The notes under the pieces: model-generated
The model's database searches: none
What the model saw: the letters and a program-made list of their open reading frames with translations, nothing else
What the model was told of the DNA's origin: nothing
Shown: one piece after another, positions 10,012 through 20,582 of the stretch
Layout: each line of letters starts with the position of its first letter
Position numbering within the stretch: position 1 is the stretch's first letter
NCBI GenBank assembly: GCA_022425195.1
Contig: JAKMFX010000010.1
Span: 1,814 to 65,813, forward strand
DNA from: Flavobacteriales bacterium
GTDB lineage: Bacteria > Bacteroidota > Bacteroidia > Flavobacteriales > UBA7430
Length of the DNA stretch: 64,000 bases
Direction of reading: 5' to 3'
Position numbers and translations under genes: made by a program

Positions 10012-12621
10012 TTGGCAAAAGCATCCAAAAACAAGAAGGAAACTCCACTGATGCAACAGTACAACCGGATCAAAGCCAAATATCCGGATGCAGTACTCTT
10101 ATTTCGTGTGGGAGACTTTTACGAAACTTTCGGTGAGGATGCGATCAAGGCTTCTCGAATTTTAGGGATTGTATTGACCAATCGAGCCAATGGAAGCTCA
10201 AAGATTGAGTTGGCTGGCTTTCCACACCATTCCTTAGATACGTATTTGCCCAAATTGGTGCGCTCTGGATGTAGAGTAGCCATCTGCGATCAGTTGGAAG
10301 ACCCCAAAGCCACTAAGAAAATCGTAAAACGTGGGGTGACCGAATTGGTGACGCCTGGTGTTTCTTATAATGAGAAAACACTGGATTTACGATCCAATAA
10401 TTTCTTAGCCTCCATTCACATTGAAAAAGAGGGTTTGGGTGTTGCCTTTCTAGACGTCTCTACAGGCGAGTTTTTTGCCGCTCAGGGCAACTGGGAGTAT
10501 ATAGATAAGCTGTTGCAAAGTTTTTCTCCTTCAGAAGTGATCTATCAAAAGCAACATAAGGCAGCATTCACTCAACGCTATGCCGACAGTTTCTTCACCT
10601 TCACGCTTGAAGATTGGGTGTTTTCGCAAACGTATACAGAGGAATTGTTACTGAACCATTTTCAAACGAAGTCCTTAAAAGGCTTCGGGGTTGATCAGCT
10701 CGACATGGGCGTTGTAGCTGCAGGAGCAGCCCTGCATTATTTGCAAGAAACCCAGCACAACAAGGTAGCCCACATAGCCTCTATTACGCGTATTGAAGAA
10801 GATCGCTTTGTGTGGATGGATCACTTTACCATTCGTAATTTGGAATTGGTTCAAGCTTCCGGGATTAATGGGGTGTCGCTACTAGATATTCTTGATCATA
10901 CCGTATCTCCTATGGGTGCTCGTATGCTTAGGCGTTGGTTGGTGTTGCCTTTAAAAGAGCAAAAAGCCATACAAGATCGATTGAATATTGTCGATTACTT
11001 CACGCACGAAGCGGAGGTTGCCGACGAACTCGCAGAGCAAATCAAACAAATGGGCGATTTGGAGCGTCTGATCTCTAAAGTTGCAACCGCTCGAATTTGT
11101 CCGCGTGAAGTGGTACAGTTAAAGCGGGCTTTGAATGCGATCATTCCGGTGGTTGAACACTGCTCCACATCCGGCAATGAGAGTTTGGCTTCTTTGGCTG
11201 CTCAGTTGAACCCATGCGATCCGATTCGCGAAAAAATAGCCAGAGAACTGCAAGAAGATGCACCCGTTCAGTTGGTGAAAGGAAATGTGATGGCAGCTGG
11301 AGTGTCTCAGGAGCTCGATGAGTTGCGGAACATTTCAACATCGGCAAAAGACCACTTAGAGCAAATCCGAGAACGCGAAACAGAACGCACAGGGATTCCT
11401 TCCTTAAAAATTTCTTTCAACAACGTCTTTGGTTATTACCTAGAAGTTCGAAACAGCCATAAAGACAAAGTTCCGGATGAGTGGATTAGAAAGCAGACGC
11501 TGGTGAATGCGGAGCGCTACATCACCGAAGAGTTGAAAGAACTCGAAGTAAAAATACTTAGCGCCAGCGACAAGATTTTGGCTTTAGAGCAGCAGCTTTT
11601 TAATGACTTGGTACAATCCCTGATGGATTATGTACAAATTATTCAACGCAATTCTCAGCTTATTGCTCGCGTTGATGTGCTTTTGTCCTTTGCAAAAATA
11701 GCTTTGCAGAACGGCTATGTGAAACCCGAACTCAACGACAGTTTTACCTTGAACATCAAAGACGGTCGCCATCCAGTGATTGAAAAGCAGTTGGCCCTGG
11801 ACGAAGCATATGTGGCCAACGATGTGTACCTAGATAATGAAACCCAGCAGATCATCATGATTACGGGTCCCAATATGTCGGGTAAATCGGCTTTATTGCG
11901 ACAAACGGCATTGATTGTTTTGATGGCTCAGATGGGCTCTTTTGTCCCGGCTAAAGTTGCCTCTTTGGGTCTTGTAGATAAGATATTTACCCGTGTGGGT
12001 GCTTCTGACAATATTTCATCCGGAGAGTCTACCTTCATGGTGGAAATGAATGAGACGGCCAGCATCCTCAATAATGTTTCCGACCGAAGTTTGATCTTAC
12101 TCGATGAGATTGGTCGGGGGACCAGCACCTACGATGGGATTTCTATCGCCTGGGCCATTGCTGAGTTTTTACACGAAAACAAAGCCAAGGCAAAAACTTT
12201 ATTTGCCACGCACTACCACGAGCTGAACGAGATGACTGAGACTTTTTCTCGAATCAAGAACTTCAACGTTTCGGTGAAAGAGGTGGACAAGAAGATTTTA
12301 TTCCTACGCAAACTCAAGCCGGGAGGCTCTGCGCATAGCTTTGGAATCCACGTGGCAAAGATGGCGGGTATGCCACAGTCACTCATCCGACGTGCCAATG
12401 CGATATTGGCGCATATGGAAAAAACACATACTTCCGAGGAGCTCACCAAAAAGACCAAAGCCATTCATCAGGAAACTGATATGCAGCTTAGTTTCTTTCA
12501 GTTAGACGACCCTGTTTTGGAACAAGTCAAAGAAGAAATCATCAAGACCGATATCAATACTTTAACTCCTGTGGAGGCACTGATGAAACTCAATGAAATC
12601 AAGAAAATGATTGGTGCTTAG
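10012..12621 (+). CDS. mutS: DNA mismatch repair protein MutS
   Basis: [49 protein letters not shown] start. Confidence 0.98.
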   Translation: MAKASKNKKETPLMQQYNRIKAKYPDAVLLFRVGDFYETFGEDAIKASRILGIVLTNRANGSSKIELAGFPHHSLDTYLPKLVRSGCRVAICDQLEDPKATKKIVKRGVTELVTPGVSYNEKTLDLRSNNFLASIHIEKEGLGVAFLDVSTGEFFAAQGNWEYIDKLLQSFSPSEVIYQKQHKAAFTQRYADSFFTFTLEDWVFSQTYTEELLLNHFQTKSLKGFGVDQLDMGVVAAGAALHYLQETQHNKVAHIASITRIEEDRFVWMDHFTIRNLELVQASGINGVSLLDILDHTVSPMGARMLRRWLVLPLKEQKAIQDRLNIVDYFTHEAEVADELAEQIKQMGDLERLISKVATARICPREVVQLKRALNAIIPVVEHCSTSGNESLASLAAQLNPCDPIREKIARELQEDAPVQLVKGNVMAAGVSQELDELRNISTSAKDHLEQIRERETERTGIPSLKISFNNVFGYYLEVRNSHKDKVPDEWIRKQTLVNAERYITEELKELEVKILSASDKILALEQQLFNDLVQSLMDYVQIIQRNSQLIARVDVLLSFAKIALQNGYVKPELNDSFTLNIKDGRHPVIEKQLALDEAYVANDVYLDNETQQIIMITGPNMSGKSALLRQTALIVLMAQMGSFVPAKVASLGLVDKIFTRVGASDNISSGESTFMVEMNETASILNNVSDRSLILLDEIGRGTSTYDGISIAWAIAEFLHENKAKAKTLFATHYHELNEMTETFSRIKNFNVSVKEVDKKILFLRKLKPGGSAHSFGIHVAKMAGMPQSLIRRANAILAHMEKTHTSEELTKKTKAIHQETDMQLSFFQLDDPVLEQVKEEIIKTDINTLTPVEALMKLNEIKKMIGA

Positions 12622-12682
12622 CGACTTGCTTGCAAGCCTTTTAAATTCTGTTCTTTTTGTTTTGAGGTCAGTGAAAAGTACT

Positions 12683-12690
12683 TATATTTG
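12683..12690 (+). promoter_or_regulatory. -7 element of the tRNA-Gly/tRNA-Leu promoter
   Basis: TATATTTG, with TTTG upstream at 12661-12664. Confidence 0.7.
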
Positions 12691-12717
12691 CATCGCTCTT
12701 CTCAAGAGGGCCGATCT

Positions 12718-12792
12718 GCGAGTGTAGCTCAGGGGTAGAGCATCACCTTGCCAAGGTGAGGGTCGAGGGTTCGAATCCCTTCACTCGCTCCA
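12718..12792 (+). tRNA. tRNA-Gly(GCC), CCA encoded
   Basis: Acceptor GCGAGTG/CACTCGC, anticodon arm TCACC-TTGCCAA-GGTGA, T-loop TTCGAAT. Confidence 0.97.
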
Positions 12793-12808
12793 GTAAAATA
12801 GATTCCCA

Positions 12809-12892
12809 GCTCGAGTGGTGGAATTGGTAGACACGCCGGACTTAAAATCCTGTGCTCTTTGGGGCGTGCGGGTTCAAGTCCCGCCTCGAGTA
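12809..12892 (+). tRNA. tRNA-Leu(TAA)
   Basis: Acceptor GCTCGAG/CTCGAGT, D-arm GGTGGAATTGGTAGAC, loop CTTAAAA, long variable arm, T-arm GCGGG-TTCAAGT-CCCGC. Confidence 0.95.
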
Positions 12893-12893
12893 C

Positions 12894-12925
12894 AAGCCTT
12901 CTCAGAAATGAGGAGGCTTTTTTTA
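12894..12925 (+). terminator. Terminator of the tRNA operon
   Basis: AAGCCTTCTCA-GAAA-TGAGGAGGCTT followed by a T tract. Confidence 0.85.
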
Positions 12926-13035
12926 TTTGATTTTACCAATTGTCATTTGAGAAGAACTAAATTTCTGGTTTTCCCTTCCTGAATAATCTCTAAATATCCC
13001 AAATAGTGTACATTAGCTTTTGATTCCTTCTAACA

Positions 13036-14448
13036 ATGAAAAAGTTAAAAATAGTGGGTAGTAAGATGTCTTTAGTTACTCTCGTGTTTATTGCGTTTGT
13101 AATTGTCTTTTCTCAGTTTAATATCAAGCCATGGAAGAATGCCGAGAAAGAAAATAGCTTGATTTATTGGGATGTAACGTCTTATTATGCCTATTTACCG
13201 GCTTATTTCGTTCATGATGATATTACGCTCAGTTTTACGGATAATGATTCTATAGATTACGCGCAAAAACACCAGTTTTGGCCTGAAACAGCAACTAATG
13301 GAGGTAAGGTCATTAAAACTACTATGGGTATGTCGCTTTTGTACAGTCCATTTTTTTTGATAGCCCATTCCTATGCGATTTTATCAGCGGAATATTTGCC
13401 TAATGGATTCTCAAAGCCCTACGAGCTGTTATTGGCTTTGTCATCTATTTTTTATTTGATGATAGGGCTTTATTGCCTAAGAAAACTTCTTGTAAAGTTC
13501 TATGATGAAAGGGTTACTTCAATTACATTAATTGCTGTGGTTTTTGGTACAAACCTTTATTATTACCTAACTTCAGAGCCGTGTATGTCCCATTCTTACA
13601 CCTTTTCTTTACTATCGATATTTGTCTATTTTGTGATAAAGTGGTTTGACAGACAGAAATTAAAGTACGCGATTATTTTGGGTGTAACAGGTGGGTTAAT
13701 AACCCTAATAAGACCTGTAAATCTTATTATTTTCCTTTTCCCATTACTATATCAAATCCATCAACAAAAAGTAGTTAAGAACCTTTTCATTCAGTACTGG
13801 AAACATTTGTTGCTTATTGCCTTCTTGGTTTTTGTTTTTGTTTTCCCTCAATTACTTTATTGGAAGTACATCACCGATCATTGGTTTTTTAATTCTTATG
13901 TTGGTGAACAGTTTCACTTTGATAAGCCCAATCTTCTTGAGATTTTATTTAGTTACCGTTCAGGCTGGTTGCTCTACAGTCCAATGATGATAATATCTCT
14001 TGTGGGCTTTTATTTTTTAAGAAAAGATAAAAGTGACTTGTCTCGTGCCCTACTCGTTACGGTTTTACTAAATATCTATGTACTTTCGTGCTGGTGGTGT
14101 TGGTGGTTTGGGGGAAGTTATGGTTTGCGTGCTTTTATAGACTTTTACCCTTTTTTGTCAATTCCATTTGCTGCGTTTGTCTTTTGGGTTTTGAAGCAGC
14201 GTGGTATTTTAAAGAACCTGTTGGTATGCTTAATGCTATGCTTCATTTGTCTTAATTTGTACCAAACTCATCAGAAAAGAAGAAATATCATTCACTGGGA
14301 TAGTATGACGAAGGAGTCCTATTGGATGAGTTTTGGAAAGCATTCTATGGAAAAAGAAGATTGGAAAATCTTTAATGATCTGATTCAAGCTCCGGATTAC
14401 GAAAAAGCAAAAAAAGGCGAGGATGAATATCAGTTTAATCCATTTTAA
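13036..14448 (+). CDS. Multi-pass membrane protein, probable GT-C fold glycosyltransferase
   Basis: About 10 hydrophobic segments, acidic DVTSYY motif after TM1, IRP motif, WWFGGSYGLR. Confidence 0.6.
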   Translation: MKKLKIVGSKMSLVTLVFIAFVIVFSQFNIKPWKNAEKENSLIYWDVTSYYAYLPAYFVHDDITLSFTDNDSIDYAQKHQFWPETATNGGKVIKTTMGMSLLYSPFFLIAHSYAILSAEYLPNGFSKPYELLLALSSIFYLMIGLYCLRKLLVKFYDERVTSITLIAVVFGTNLYYYLTSEPCMSHSYTFSLLSIFVYFVIKWFDRQKLKYAIILGVTGGLITLIRPVNLIIFLFPLLYQIHQQKVVKNLFIQYWKHLLLIAFLVFVFVFPQLLYWKYITDHWFFNSYVGEQFHFDKPNLLEILFSYRSGWLLYSPMMIISLVGFYFLRKDKSDLSRALLVTVLLNIYVLSCWWCWWFGGSYGLRAFIDFYPFLSIPFAAFVFWVLKQRGILKNLLVCLMLCFICLNLYQTHQKRRNIIHWDSMTKESYWMSFGKHSMEKEDWKIFNDLIQAPDYEKAKKGEDEYQFNPF

Positions 14449-14474
14449 AAATAATAGAATTTAATAATACATCA

Positions 14475-15191
14475 ATGATACAAAAACTCTCTATAGTCAT
14501 TCCCGTCTATAACGAACAGGAATCCATTTACCCTTTGTTATGCAAAGTCAACTCATTAAACTTAATTTACAGCATAAAAAAGCAAATTATTATCATTGAT
14601 GATTGTTCGACAGATTCCAGTAAGGCTGAAATCGAGCGATTTATTAAAAGTTTTTCTCCACTAGATGTCGTTTTTTTTAGTCACACAGAAAATCAAGGTA
14701 AAGGATCTGCGATTAAAACGGCTCTCGAATATGCATCAGGAGAATATATCATTATTCAAGATGCAGATCTTGAACTCACCCCCGAAGAAATAAATTTGTT
14801 GTTGGTTCCCGTAATTGATGAAGTTGCTAATGTTGTTTATGGGTCAAGATTTCTTAAGGGGGGTAAAAGAGAAAAAGAAATGTTCTTAAATAGATTGGCG
14901 AATAAATTTTTCACTTGGTTGAGTAATCTTATTCTGAGGACTTCGTTAACAGATATGCAAACATGCTATAAATTGGTTCCCACAGAGTTTTTGAAATCTA
15001 TAGACTTGGTAGAAAAAAGATTCGCTTTTGATCCTGAAATAACTGCCAAATTAGCTAAGAATAGCTCAGTGATTTTTCAAGAAGTTCCGATTTCCTATGA
15101 GCCCAGAAGTGTCCAGGAAGGGAAAAAGATCAGGTGGGTGGATGGGTTCAATCAACTGTTCAGCATCATTAAGTATGGCTTGTTTAGTTGA
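14475..15191 (+). CDS. GT2 glycosyltransferase (DPM1/GtrB-like polyprenol-phosphate sugar synthase)
   Basis: SIVIPVYNE, DDCSTD, NQGKG, QDADLE, VYGSRF, TDMQTCYK. Confidence 0.9.
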   Translation: MIQKLSIVIPVYNEQESIYPLLCKVNSLNLIYSIKKQIIIIDDCSTDSSKAEIERFIKSFSPLDVVFFSHTENQGKGSAIKTALEYASGEYIIIQDADLELTPEEINLLLVPVIDEVANVVYGSRFLKGGKREKEMFLNRLANKFFTWLSNLILRTSLTDMQTCYKLVPTEFLKSIDLVEKRFAFDPEITAKLAKNSSVIFQEVPISYEPRSVQEGKKIRWVDGFNQLFSIIKYGLFS

Positions 15192-15217
15192 GTGCTTTTT
15201 AGTAGTAAAGTTGTTGT

Positions 15218-15826
15218 TTACAGCGTATCTTTCACTGCATCATTAATGCGGTCAATGTAATTAAGGATTTCCAGTTTTCCCAAACCACTTTCTGCAGAAC
15301 TCATGAATGTTTGAGGAATCTCTTCCCATGTTTTGAGCATTTCCGACTTGTACTTGCTGAGGTTTTTGTTGAGTTGTGAACTCGACAGCTTGTCCATTTT
15401 GGTAAATACAATCACAAAAGGGATTTGTTTTTCACCCAGCCACTCCATAAAAAGCATGTCAATTTTTTGGGGTTCGTGACGGGAATCTACCAACACAAAA
15501 GTGCAGACGAGGTTCTCCCTTTTTTCCAGGTATTCGTAGATAAACTTGGCGAATATGGAACGATCTTTTTTGGAGACTTTTGCATATCCGTAGCCCGGTA
15601 AATCGACCAAAAACCAACTGTCGTTGATTTTGAAGTGATTGATGAGTTGTGTTTTACCCGGTTTTCCAGAAGTTTTGGCGAGAGATTTTCGCCGGGTAAG
15701 CATATTGATTAATGAAGATTTGCCTACGTTGGAACGTCCTATAAAAGCATACTCAGGTATGCGTTCTTTTGGGCATTTCTCAATGTCGGTGTTGCTGATG
15801 ACAAACTCAGCAGAATTGATTTTCAT
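15218..15826 (-). CDS. yihA: Ribosome biogenesis GTPase YihA/EngB
   Basis: GRSNVGKSS, PGKTQLIN, DLPGYGYA, TKMDK. Confidence 0.96.
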   Translation of the reverse strand: MKINSAEFVISNTDIEKCPKERIPEYAFIGRSNVGKSSLINMLTRRKSLAKTSGKPGKTQLINHFKINDSWFLVDLPGYGYAKVSKKDRSIFAKFIYEYLEKRENLVCTFVLVDSRHEPQKIDMLFMEWLGEKQIPFVIVFTKMDKLSSSQLNKNLSKYKSEMLKTWEEIPQTFMSSAESGLGKLEILNYIDRINDAVKDTL

Positions 15827-15827
15827 T

Positions 15828-16586
15828 TTAGTTTTTGTTCAGCCATTCAACACAGGTGTTGGCGAAATCAACAGGATGTTCCATCATAGGTGCATGCCCA
15901 CACTTGTCGAACCAATACAGAGATGAGTTGGGAAGAAGTCTGTGGAATTCATCGGCAACTTCAGGAGGTGTCACACCATCATTTTTACCCCACAAGATGC
16001 AAGCAGGTTGCGTCATGCTCGGTAAATCTTTCGCCATATTGTGTCGAATTGCCGATTTGGCAATGGCTAAAATTCGAATGATTTTATTACGAGAGTTGAC
16101 AGATTCGAAAACCTCATCAACCAATTCTTTGGTAGCGACTTTGGGATCGTAAAAAACATCTTGAGTCTTCTCTTTGATGTATTCGTAATCTTCTCTTCTT
16201 GGGAAGGAGTCACCCATGGCTTTTTCATACAATCCCGAACTTCCGGTAAGCATCAGTCGTTTCACCAGCTCGGGGTTGTTCTTGGTGTATATCAAAGCAA
16301 CGTGTCCACCCAAGGAGTTTCCTAAAAGCGTCACATCGTTTAAGTTCAAATCAGAAATAAATTTTTCTAAAAATCTCGAAATACCTTTCGCACTTGTCTT
16401 TAGCAGTGGAAGTTCATAAATGGGTAGCGAGGGAATGATCACTCGGTAACCTGCTTCTGCAATAATTCGAGCGGTTTTCTCAAAATTACTCAGAGCACCC
16501 ATCAGGCCGTGGAGGAATACGACTACTGGGCCCTCGCCCAAGTCTACGTATTGATAGCCTTTGTCTTTTACGATTTCATATTTCAT
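15828..16586 (-). CDS. Alpha/beta fold hydrolase
   Basis: LHGLMG, GNSLGG nucleophile elbow, WGKND, CGHAPMME. Start moved to MKYEIV. Confidence 0.9.
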   Translation of the reverse strand: MKYEIVKDKGYQYVDLGEGPVVVFLHGLMGALSNFEKTARIIAEAGYRVIIPSLPIYELPLLKTSAKGISRFLEKFISDLNLNDVTLLGNSLGGHVALIYTKNNPELVKRLMLTGSSGLYEKAMGDSFPRREDYEYIKEKTQDVFYDPKVATKELVDEVFESVNSRNKIIRILAIAKSAIRHNMAKDLPSMTQPACILWGKNDGVTPPEVADEFHRLLPNSSLYWFDKCGHAPMMEHPVDFANTCVEWLNKN

Positions 16587-16750
16587 TTTCGACACATTAA
16601 TTGTCAAAAATACTGAATAATTATTGAATGCAGACATCCTCAAGCTCATACCTGCTAATATTTTTTATGGACTTAAAAAAAGTATGCATACAATACGGTC
16701 TAGTCGAAACTTCCCCTCGTTTAACGCTAAAGTGCAGAAAGTTATCAACA

Positions 16751-16786
16751 ATGTGGTAAATTGTGGTAAAAAGTGGTATATATTTG
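16751..16786 (+). promoter_or_regulatory. MraZ operator (three GTGGTA repeats, 10-bp period) abutting the dcw promoter -7 element
   Basis: atGTGGTAaa ttGTGGTAaa aaGTGGTAta, with TATATTTG at 16779-16786. Confidence 0.8.
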
Positions 16787-16812
16787 TTTCTGATTCTAAA
16801 GAGCCATCCAAC

Positions 16813-17283
16813 GTGAAGAATTTAATCGGAATGTACGAATGCAAAGTTGACGCCAAAGGGCGTTTAATGTTGCCGTCTGGATTGAAGAAGCAGCTTGCAG
16901 CTGAGCTTCAAGAGGGCTTTGTGCTCAAGCGTTCGGTCTTCAACACCTGTTTGGAGTTGCATACACTCAAAGAGTGGAATGGCCTGATGGCAGAGGTGAA
17001 TCAGCTCAATCGCTTCGTGAAGAAGAACAACGATTTTATAAGAAGGTTTACCGCGGGCGTAAGAATGGTTGAAGCCGATGCAACCGCCCGTATTCAAATT
17101 CCCAGAGACCTTATCAATTTTGCGGGCATTGAAAAGCAATTGGTTTTGGCATCTGTAGGAAATATTGTGGAAGTCTGGGATAAGGTGCAGTATGAGAAGG
17201 TAGTGAATGATTCTGAGCTAGACTTCGGAGCGCTTGCAGAAGAGGTAATGGGAAATCCGAGTAAAACCGCTGCCGATGACTAA
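16813..17283 (+). CDS. mraZ: Division/cell wall cluster repressor MraZ
   Basis: GTG start at 16813, DAKGRL motif, first gene before rsmH. Confidence 0.93.
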   Translation: MKNLIGMYECKVDAKGRLMLPSGLKKQLAAELQEGFVLKRSVFNTCLELHTLKEWNGLMAEVNQLNRFVKKNNDFIRRFTAGVRMVEADATARIQIPRDLINFAGIEKQLVLASVGNIVEVWDKVQYEKVVNDSELDFGALAEEVMGNPSKTAADD

Positions 17284-18175
17284 GTACCACGACCCTGTTC
17301 TACTGGATGAGTGTTTGGAGGGTTTGAACCTTCGTACAGAAGGAATCTATGTAGACGTGACTTTTGGTGGTGGTGGACACTCTAGAGCTATAGTTTCGAA
17401 ACTCGATGAAGGTCATCTGTATGCCTTCGATCAAGATGATGACGCGCTGGAGAATGAAATGGATGATGATCGCTTCACTCTGATCAATGCCAACTTTAGA
17501 GATTTGAAAAATTCACTTCGCATGTATGGGGTTAAGGAAATAGATGGATTGCTTGCCGACTTAGGCGTTTCCTCACATCAGTTTGATGTTCCTGATAGAG
17601 GCTTTTCTACTCGTTTTGATGCCGATTTAGACATGCGTATGGATCAAAATTCCGATTTGAATGCGGCCAAAATTCTAAATGTCTACGAGCAAGATGAACT
17701 TCGCAACATTTTAAAGCATTACGGGGAGTTAAAGCGTCCGGGGACCATCGCGAGAGTGATATACGAGGCTAAAGAAGATCGACCGATTGAAACCGTTCAG
17801 CAGCTGAAAGCGCTTTTGAAACCCTTTGCTCCAAAGATGCAGGAGAACAAGTTTTTTGCTCAGGTTTTTCAGGCACTTCGCATTGAGGTGAATGATGAGT
17901 TGAATGCCTTAAAAGAGATGCTTACGCAAGCACAAGAGATTCTAAAGCCGGGAGGTAGGCTCGTTGTGATTTCTTACCACTCTTTAGAAGATCGATTGGT
18001 GAAAAATCTTATTCAAAAAGGGAATTTTGAAGGTGAGTTGGAGCAAGACTTTTACGGGAACAAATTATTGAGTTTTAAGAAAATAAGCCGCAAGCCCATC
18101 TTGCCGACCGAACAAGAGATTCAAAGAAACAATCGGGCGAGGAGCGCCAAATTAAGAGTTGCAGAAAAGTTATAG
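17276..18175 (+). CDS. rsmH: 16S rRNA m4C1402 methyltransferase
   Basis: HDPVLL, DVTFGGGGHS, DLGVSSHQ, FQALRIEVN, SYHSLEDR. Confidence 0.97.
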   Translation: MTKYHDPVLLDECLEGLNLRTEGIYVDVTFGGGGHSRAIVSKLDEGHLYAFDQDDDALENEMDDDRFTLINANFRDLKNSLRMYGVKEIDGLLADLGVSSHQFDVPDRGFSTRFDADLDMRMDQNSDLNAAKILNVYEQDELRNILKHYGELKRPGTIARVIYEAKEDRPIETVQQLKALLKPFAPKMQENKFFAQVFQALRIEVNDELNALKEMLTQAQEILKPGGRLVVISYHSLEDRLVKNLIQKGNFEGELEQDFYGNKLLSFKKISRKPILPTEQEIQRNNRARSAKLRVAEKL

Positions 18176-18178
18176 GAC

Positions 18179-18526
18179 GTGATAAAACCTACTTGGAATA
18201 AGCTGTTTGGAGAGTTTGGAAGTCGTTGTAAAGATTTCTACGCAACACAGCTGGCACCCAAAAATATTTTAGCCACCTCTTGGAATATGGTCTTATTCAT
18301 TTCCTTTTTGGCAATCCTTTTGGTGTACAGTTCTCACCGAGTAGATCGTAAAGTGATGCGCATCAGTAAACTCAATGAAGAACTGAAAGATTTGCGTTCC
18401 AGGCACATCGATATGCGGACTCGATTGACCGCACTAAGCAAACCCACAAAAGTGGCTGAAGAAGTAAAATCATTGGGCTTATCAACGTCAATTGAGGCGC
18501 CCTTTAAAATAGAGATCAAAAACTAA
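18179..18526 (+). CDS. ftsL: FtsL-like cell division protein
   Basis: One TM segment plus coiled coil, lying between rsmH and ftsI. Confidence 0.75.
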   Translation: MIKPTWNKLFGEFGSRCKDFYATQLAPKNILATSWNMVLFISFLAILLVYSSHRVDRKVMRISKLNEELKDLRSRHIDMRTRLTALSKPTKVAEEVKSLGLSTSIEAPFKIEIKN

Positions 18527-18527
18527 G

Positions 18528-20582
18528 ATGACTGAAAAGAAGGCCATATTTCTTCGCGTAATGTTGATTAGCTCGCTAATCCTAGTGGCGGCTGTGGCAA
18601 TTTTCATTCAACTCCTAAACGTTCAGGCAGAATTTTCAGACCGAGTGGCGATGAATGATCCGGTCATCAAACTCAGAGAAATTCCTTCACCACGAGGAAA
18701 TATTTACGATGTCAACGGGAATTTATTGGCCACATCCATGCCAGTATATACCATAGCGATTGATGCCACGCAAGCTTCCGATACTTTATTTGAAAACAAT
18801 TACCGAAGCCTTGCCAAGGGTTTGTCTGAGATTTTTGAAGATCAGTCCGCCTCGGATTATGCTGAGAAACTCCGTCAATCGAGAAGAAAAAAGAAACAAT
18901 ACTTAAGAATAAAGTCGGGTATCCGTTATTCGGAACTACAGAAAGTTAAGGAGCTACCTATCCTCCGTGAGGGGAGGTATAATGGTGGTTTCGTTTACAC
19001 CCAAGAAACCCAGCGAACGAAACCATTTGGGAAGCTGTGTGAGCGAACCATCGGATATGGCAGGGCAGTGAGTGATGTGGGTCTTGAAAAAGCTTATGAT
19101 CGCTACTTAAAGGGGAAGTCAGGCAAGCAGCTGATGCAAAAAATCAATGGAGGGGTATGGAAGCCTCTGAGCAATACCCAAGACGTTGAACCCGTTGCGG
19201 GTTCCGATGTCTACTCTACCATTGACATCCGCATTCAGGATGTTGCACAAACGGCTTTGTTGCGGAGTTTGGACAAGTATGAAGCGGAAAATGGATCGGT
19301 CATTCTGATGGATGTGAAGACGGGGGCCATTCGGGCCATGTCGAGTTTAAAGCGTACCGAAGACGGGAAGTATGCCGAGAAATTCAATGATGCCATAGGA
19401 GCTGCTTATGAGCCTGGCTCTACATTTAAATTGGCGTCTTTGCTGGTGGCTTTAGAGGATGGTGTTGATACGGCCAAGATGGTTGACACCAAGAAGGGTG
19501 CTTTTAAGTTTTATGACCGCACCATGAAAGATTCAAATTACGAACGTGGGGGACACGGAGAAATCAGCCTTGGGAAAGCATTTAAAGTGTCTTCAAACAT
19601 TGGTATTGCAAGAACAATTGTAGAGCAATACCCCGAAGAACAAAAATTTGTAGATCGCTTAGCACGTTTGGGAATTAATGAGAAGTTAGACTTTGAATTG
19701 CTCGGTGAAGCTGAGCCCTGGATAAAAAATACCGACGATCCTACTTGGTCGGGAGTCTCTCTTCCTTGGATGGCTTTTGGTTACGAATTAAAAATGACCG
19801 CACTTCAAATATTGGCCTTTTACAATGCCGTAGCCAATGGTGGGGCACTTGTAAAGCCTCGTCTGGTGGATCGCGTAAAAAGCGCCGAGAAGCTCGTGGT
19901 TGTAAAAGGGGTGGAGGTTTTAAAGCCGAGCATCTGTTCTGAGAAGACCATCAACATTCTTCAAGATTTATTATTCGGCGCGGTAAAAGACGGAACGGCC
20001 AGTAATATTTATTCGAAGAGATATTCTTGCGCTGGGAAGACGGGAACTGCCAAGATTGCCAGTGAAGGTTCTTACGGTTCGGAGTATCGCGCTTCTTTCG
20101 TGGGGTATTTTCCCGCTGAAAACCCAAAATATTCTTGCATTGTGGTCGTCACAAAACCGAAAAAGGAAATTGGGTTTTACGGAAATATAGTTGCGGCACC
20201 AGTCTTTAAAGAGTTGCGCGACAAGTTGTATGCAGAAAAACCGATAGACACGCCTGACCTAGAAGGAAAGGGTGCCTCTTCGTATATAGGTATTGCACAA
20301 GAGTTAAATGACATTCACGAGGAGTTATCTTACCCCAAAGAAGAGGTCTTGCAAAAAAGTGCATGGATGAAATCTGAGGGCAAAGCCTTGATGTCTTTGG
20401 ATCTTGTAGAGGGATCTGTGCCCAATGTCAAGGGGATGTCGGCAATGGATGCTCTGTATCTACTCGAAAACATGGGCTTAGAAGTAGAGCTTCAAGGAAA
20501 AGGAAAAGTCATACGGCAGTCATTAAAGGCTGGCGATAAATTGGGTAAAAATCAAAAAATAGCTTTGCGCTTAGCCTCATGA
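18528..20582 (+). CDS. ftsI: Penicillin-binding protein FtsI/PBP3 with C-terminal PASTA domain
   Basis: RGNIYD, EPGSTFK (SxxK), SSN, KTGTA, VPNVKGM. Confidence 0.93.
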   Translation: MTEKKAIFLRVMLISSLILVAAVAIFIQLLNVQAEFSDRVAMNDPVIKLREIPSPRGNIYDVNGNLLATSMPVYTIAIDATQASDTLFENNYRSLAKGLSEIFEDQSASDYAEKLRQSRRKKKQYLRIKSGIRYSELQKVKELPILREGRYNGGFVYTQETQRTKPFGKLCERTIGYGRAVSDVGLEKAYDRYLKGKSGKQLMQKINGGVWKPLSNTQDVEPVAGSDVYSTIDIRIQDVAQTALLRSLDKYEAENGSVILMDVKTGAIRAMSSLKRTEDGKYAEKFNDAIGAAYEPGSTFKLASLLVALEDGVDTAKMVDTKKGAFKFYDRTMKDSNYERGGHGEISLGKAFKVSSNIGIARTIVEQYPEEQKFVDRLARLGINEKLDFELLGEAEPWIKNTDDPTWSGVSLPWMAFGYELKMTALQILAFYNAVANGGALVKPRLVDRVKSAEKLVVVKGVEVLKPSICSEKTINILQDLLFGAVKDGTASNIYSKRYSCAGKTGTAKIASEGSYGSEYRASFVGYFPAENPKYSCIVVVTKPKKEIGFYGNIVAAPVFKELRDKLYAEKPIDTPDLEGKGASSYIGIAQELNDIHEELSYPKEEVLQKSAWMKSEGKALMSLDLVEGSVPNVKGMSAMDALYLLENMGLEVELQGKGKVIRQSLKAGDKLGKNQKIALRLAS

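Noticed and set aside
12893-15217. Integrative element or prophage at tRNA-Leu
   Set aside because: No integrase and no att-like duplication of the tRNA 3' end; reported only as an islet.
16624-16812. N-terminal extension of MraZ in the ORF track (similar extensions for pheT, ftsA, lptE, porP and the hydrolase)
   Set aside because: Extensions run through promoters, operators or neighbouring genes; downstream starts fit the known protein N-termini.
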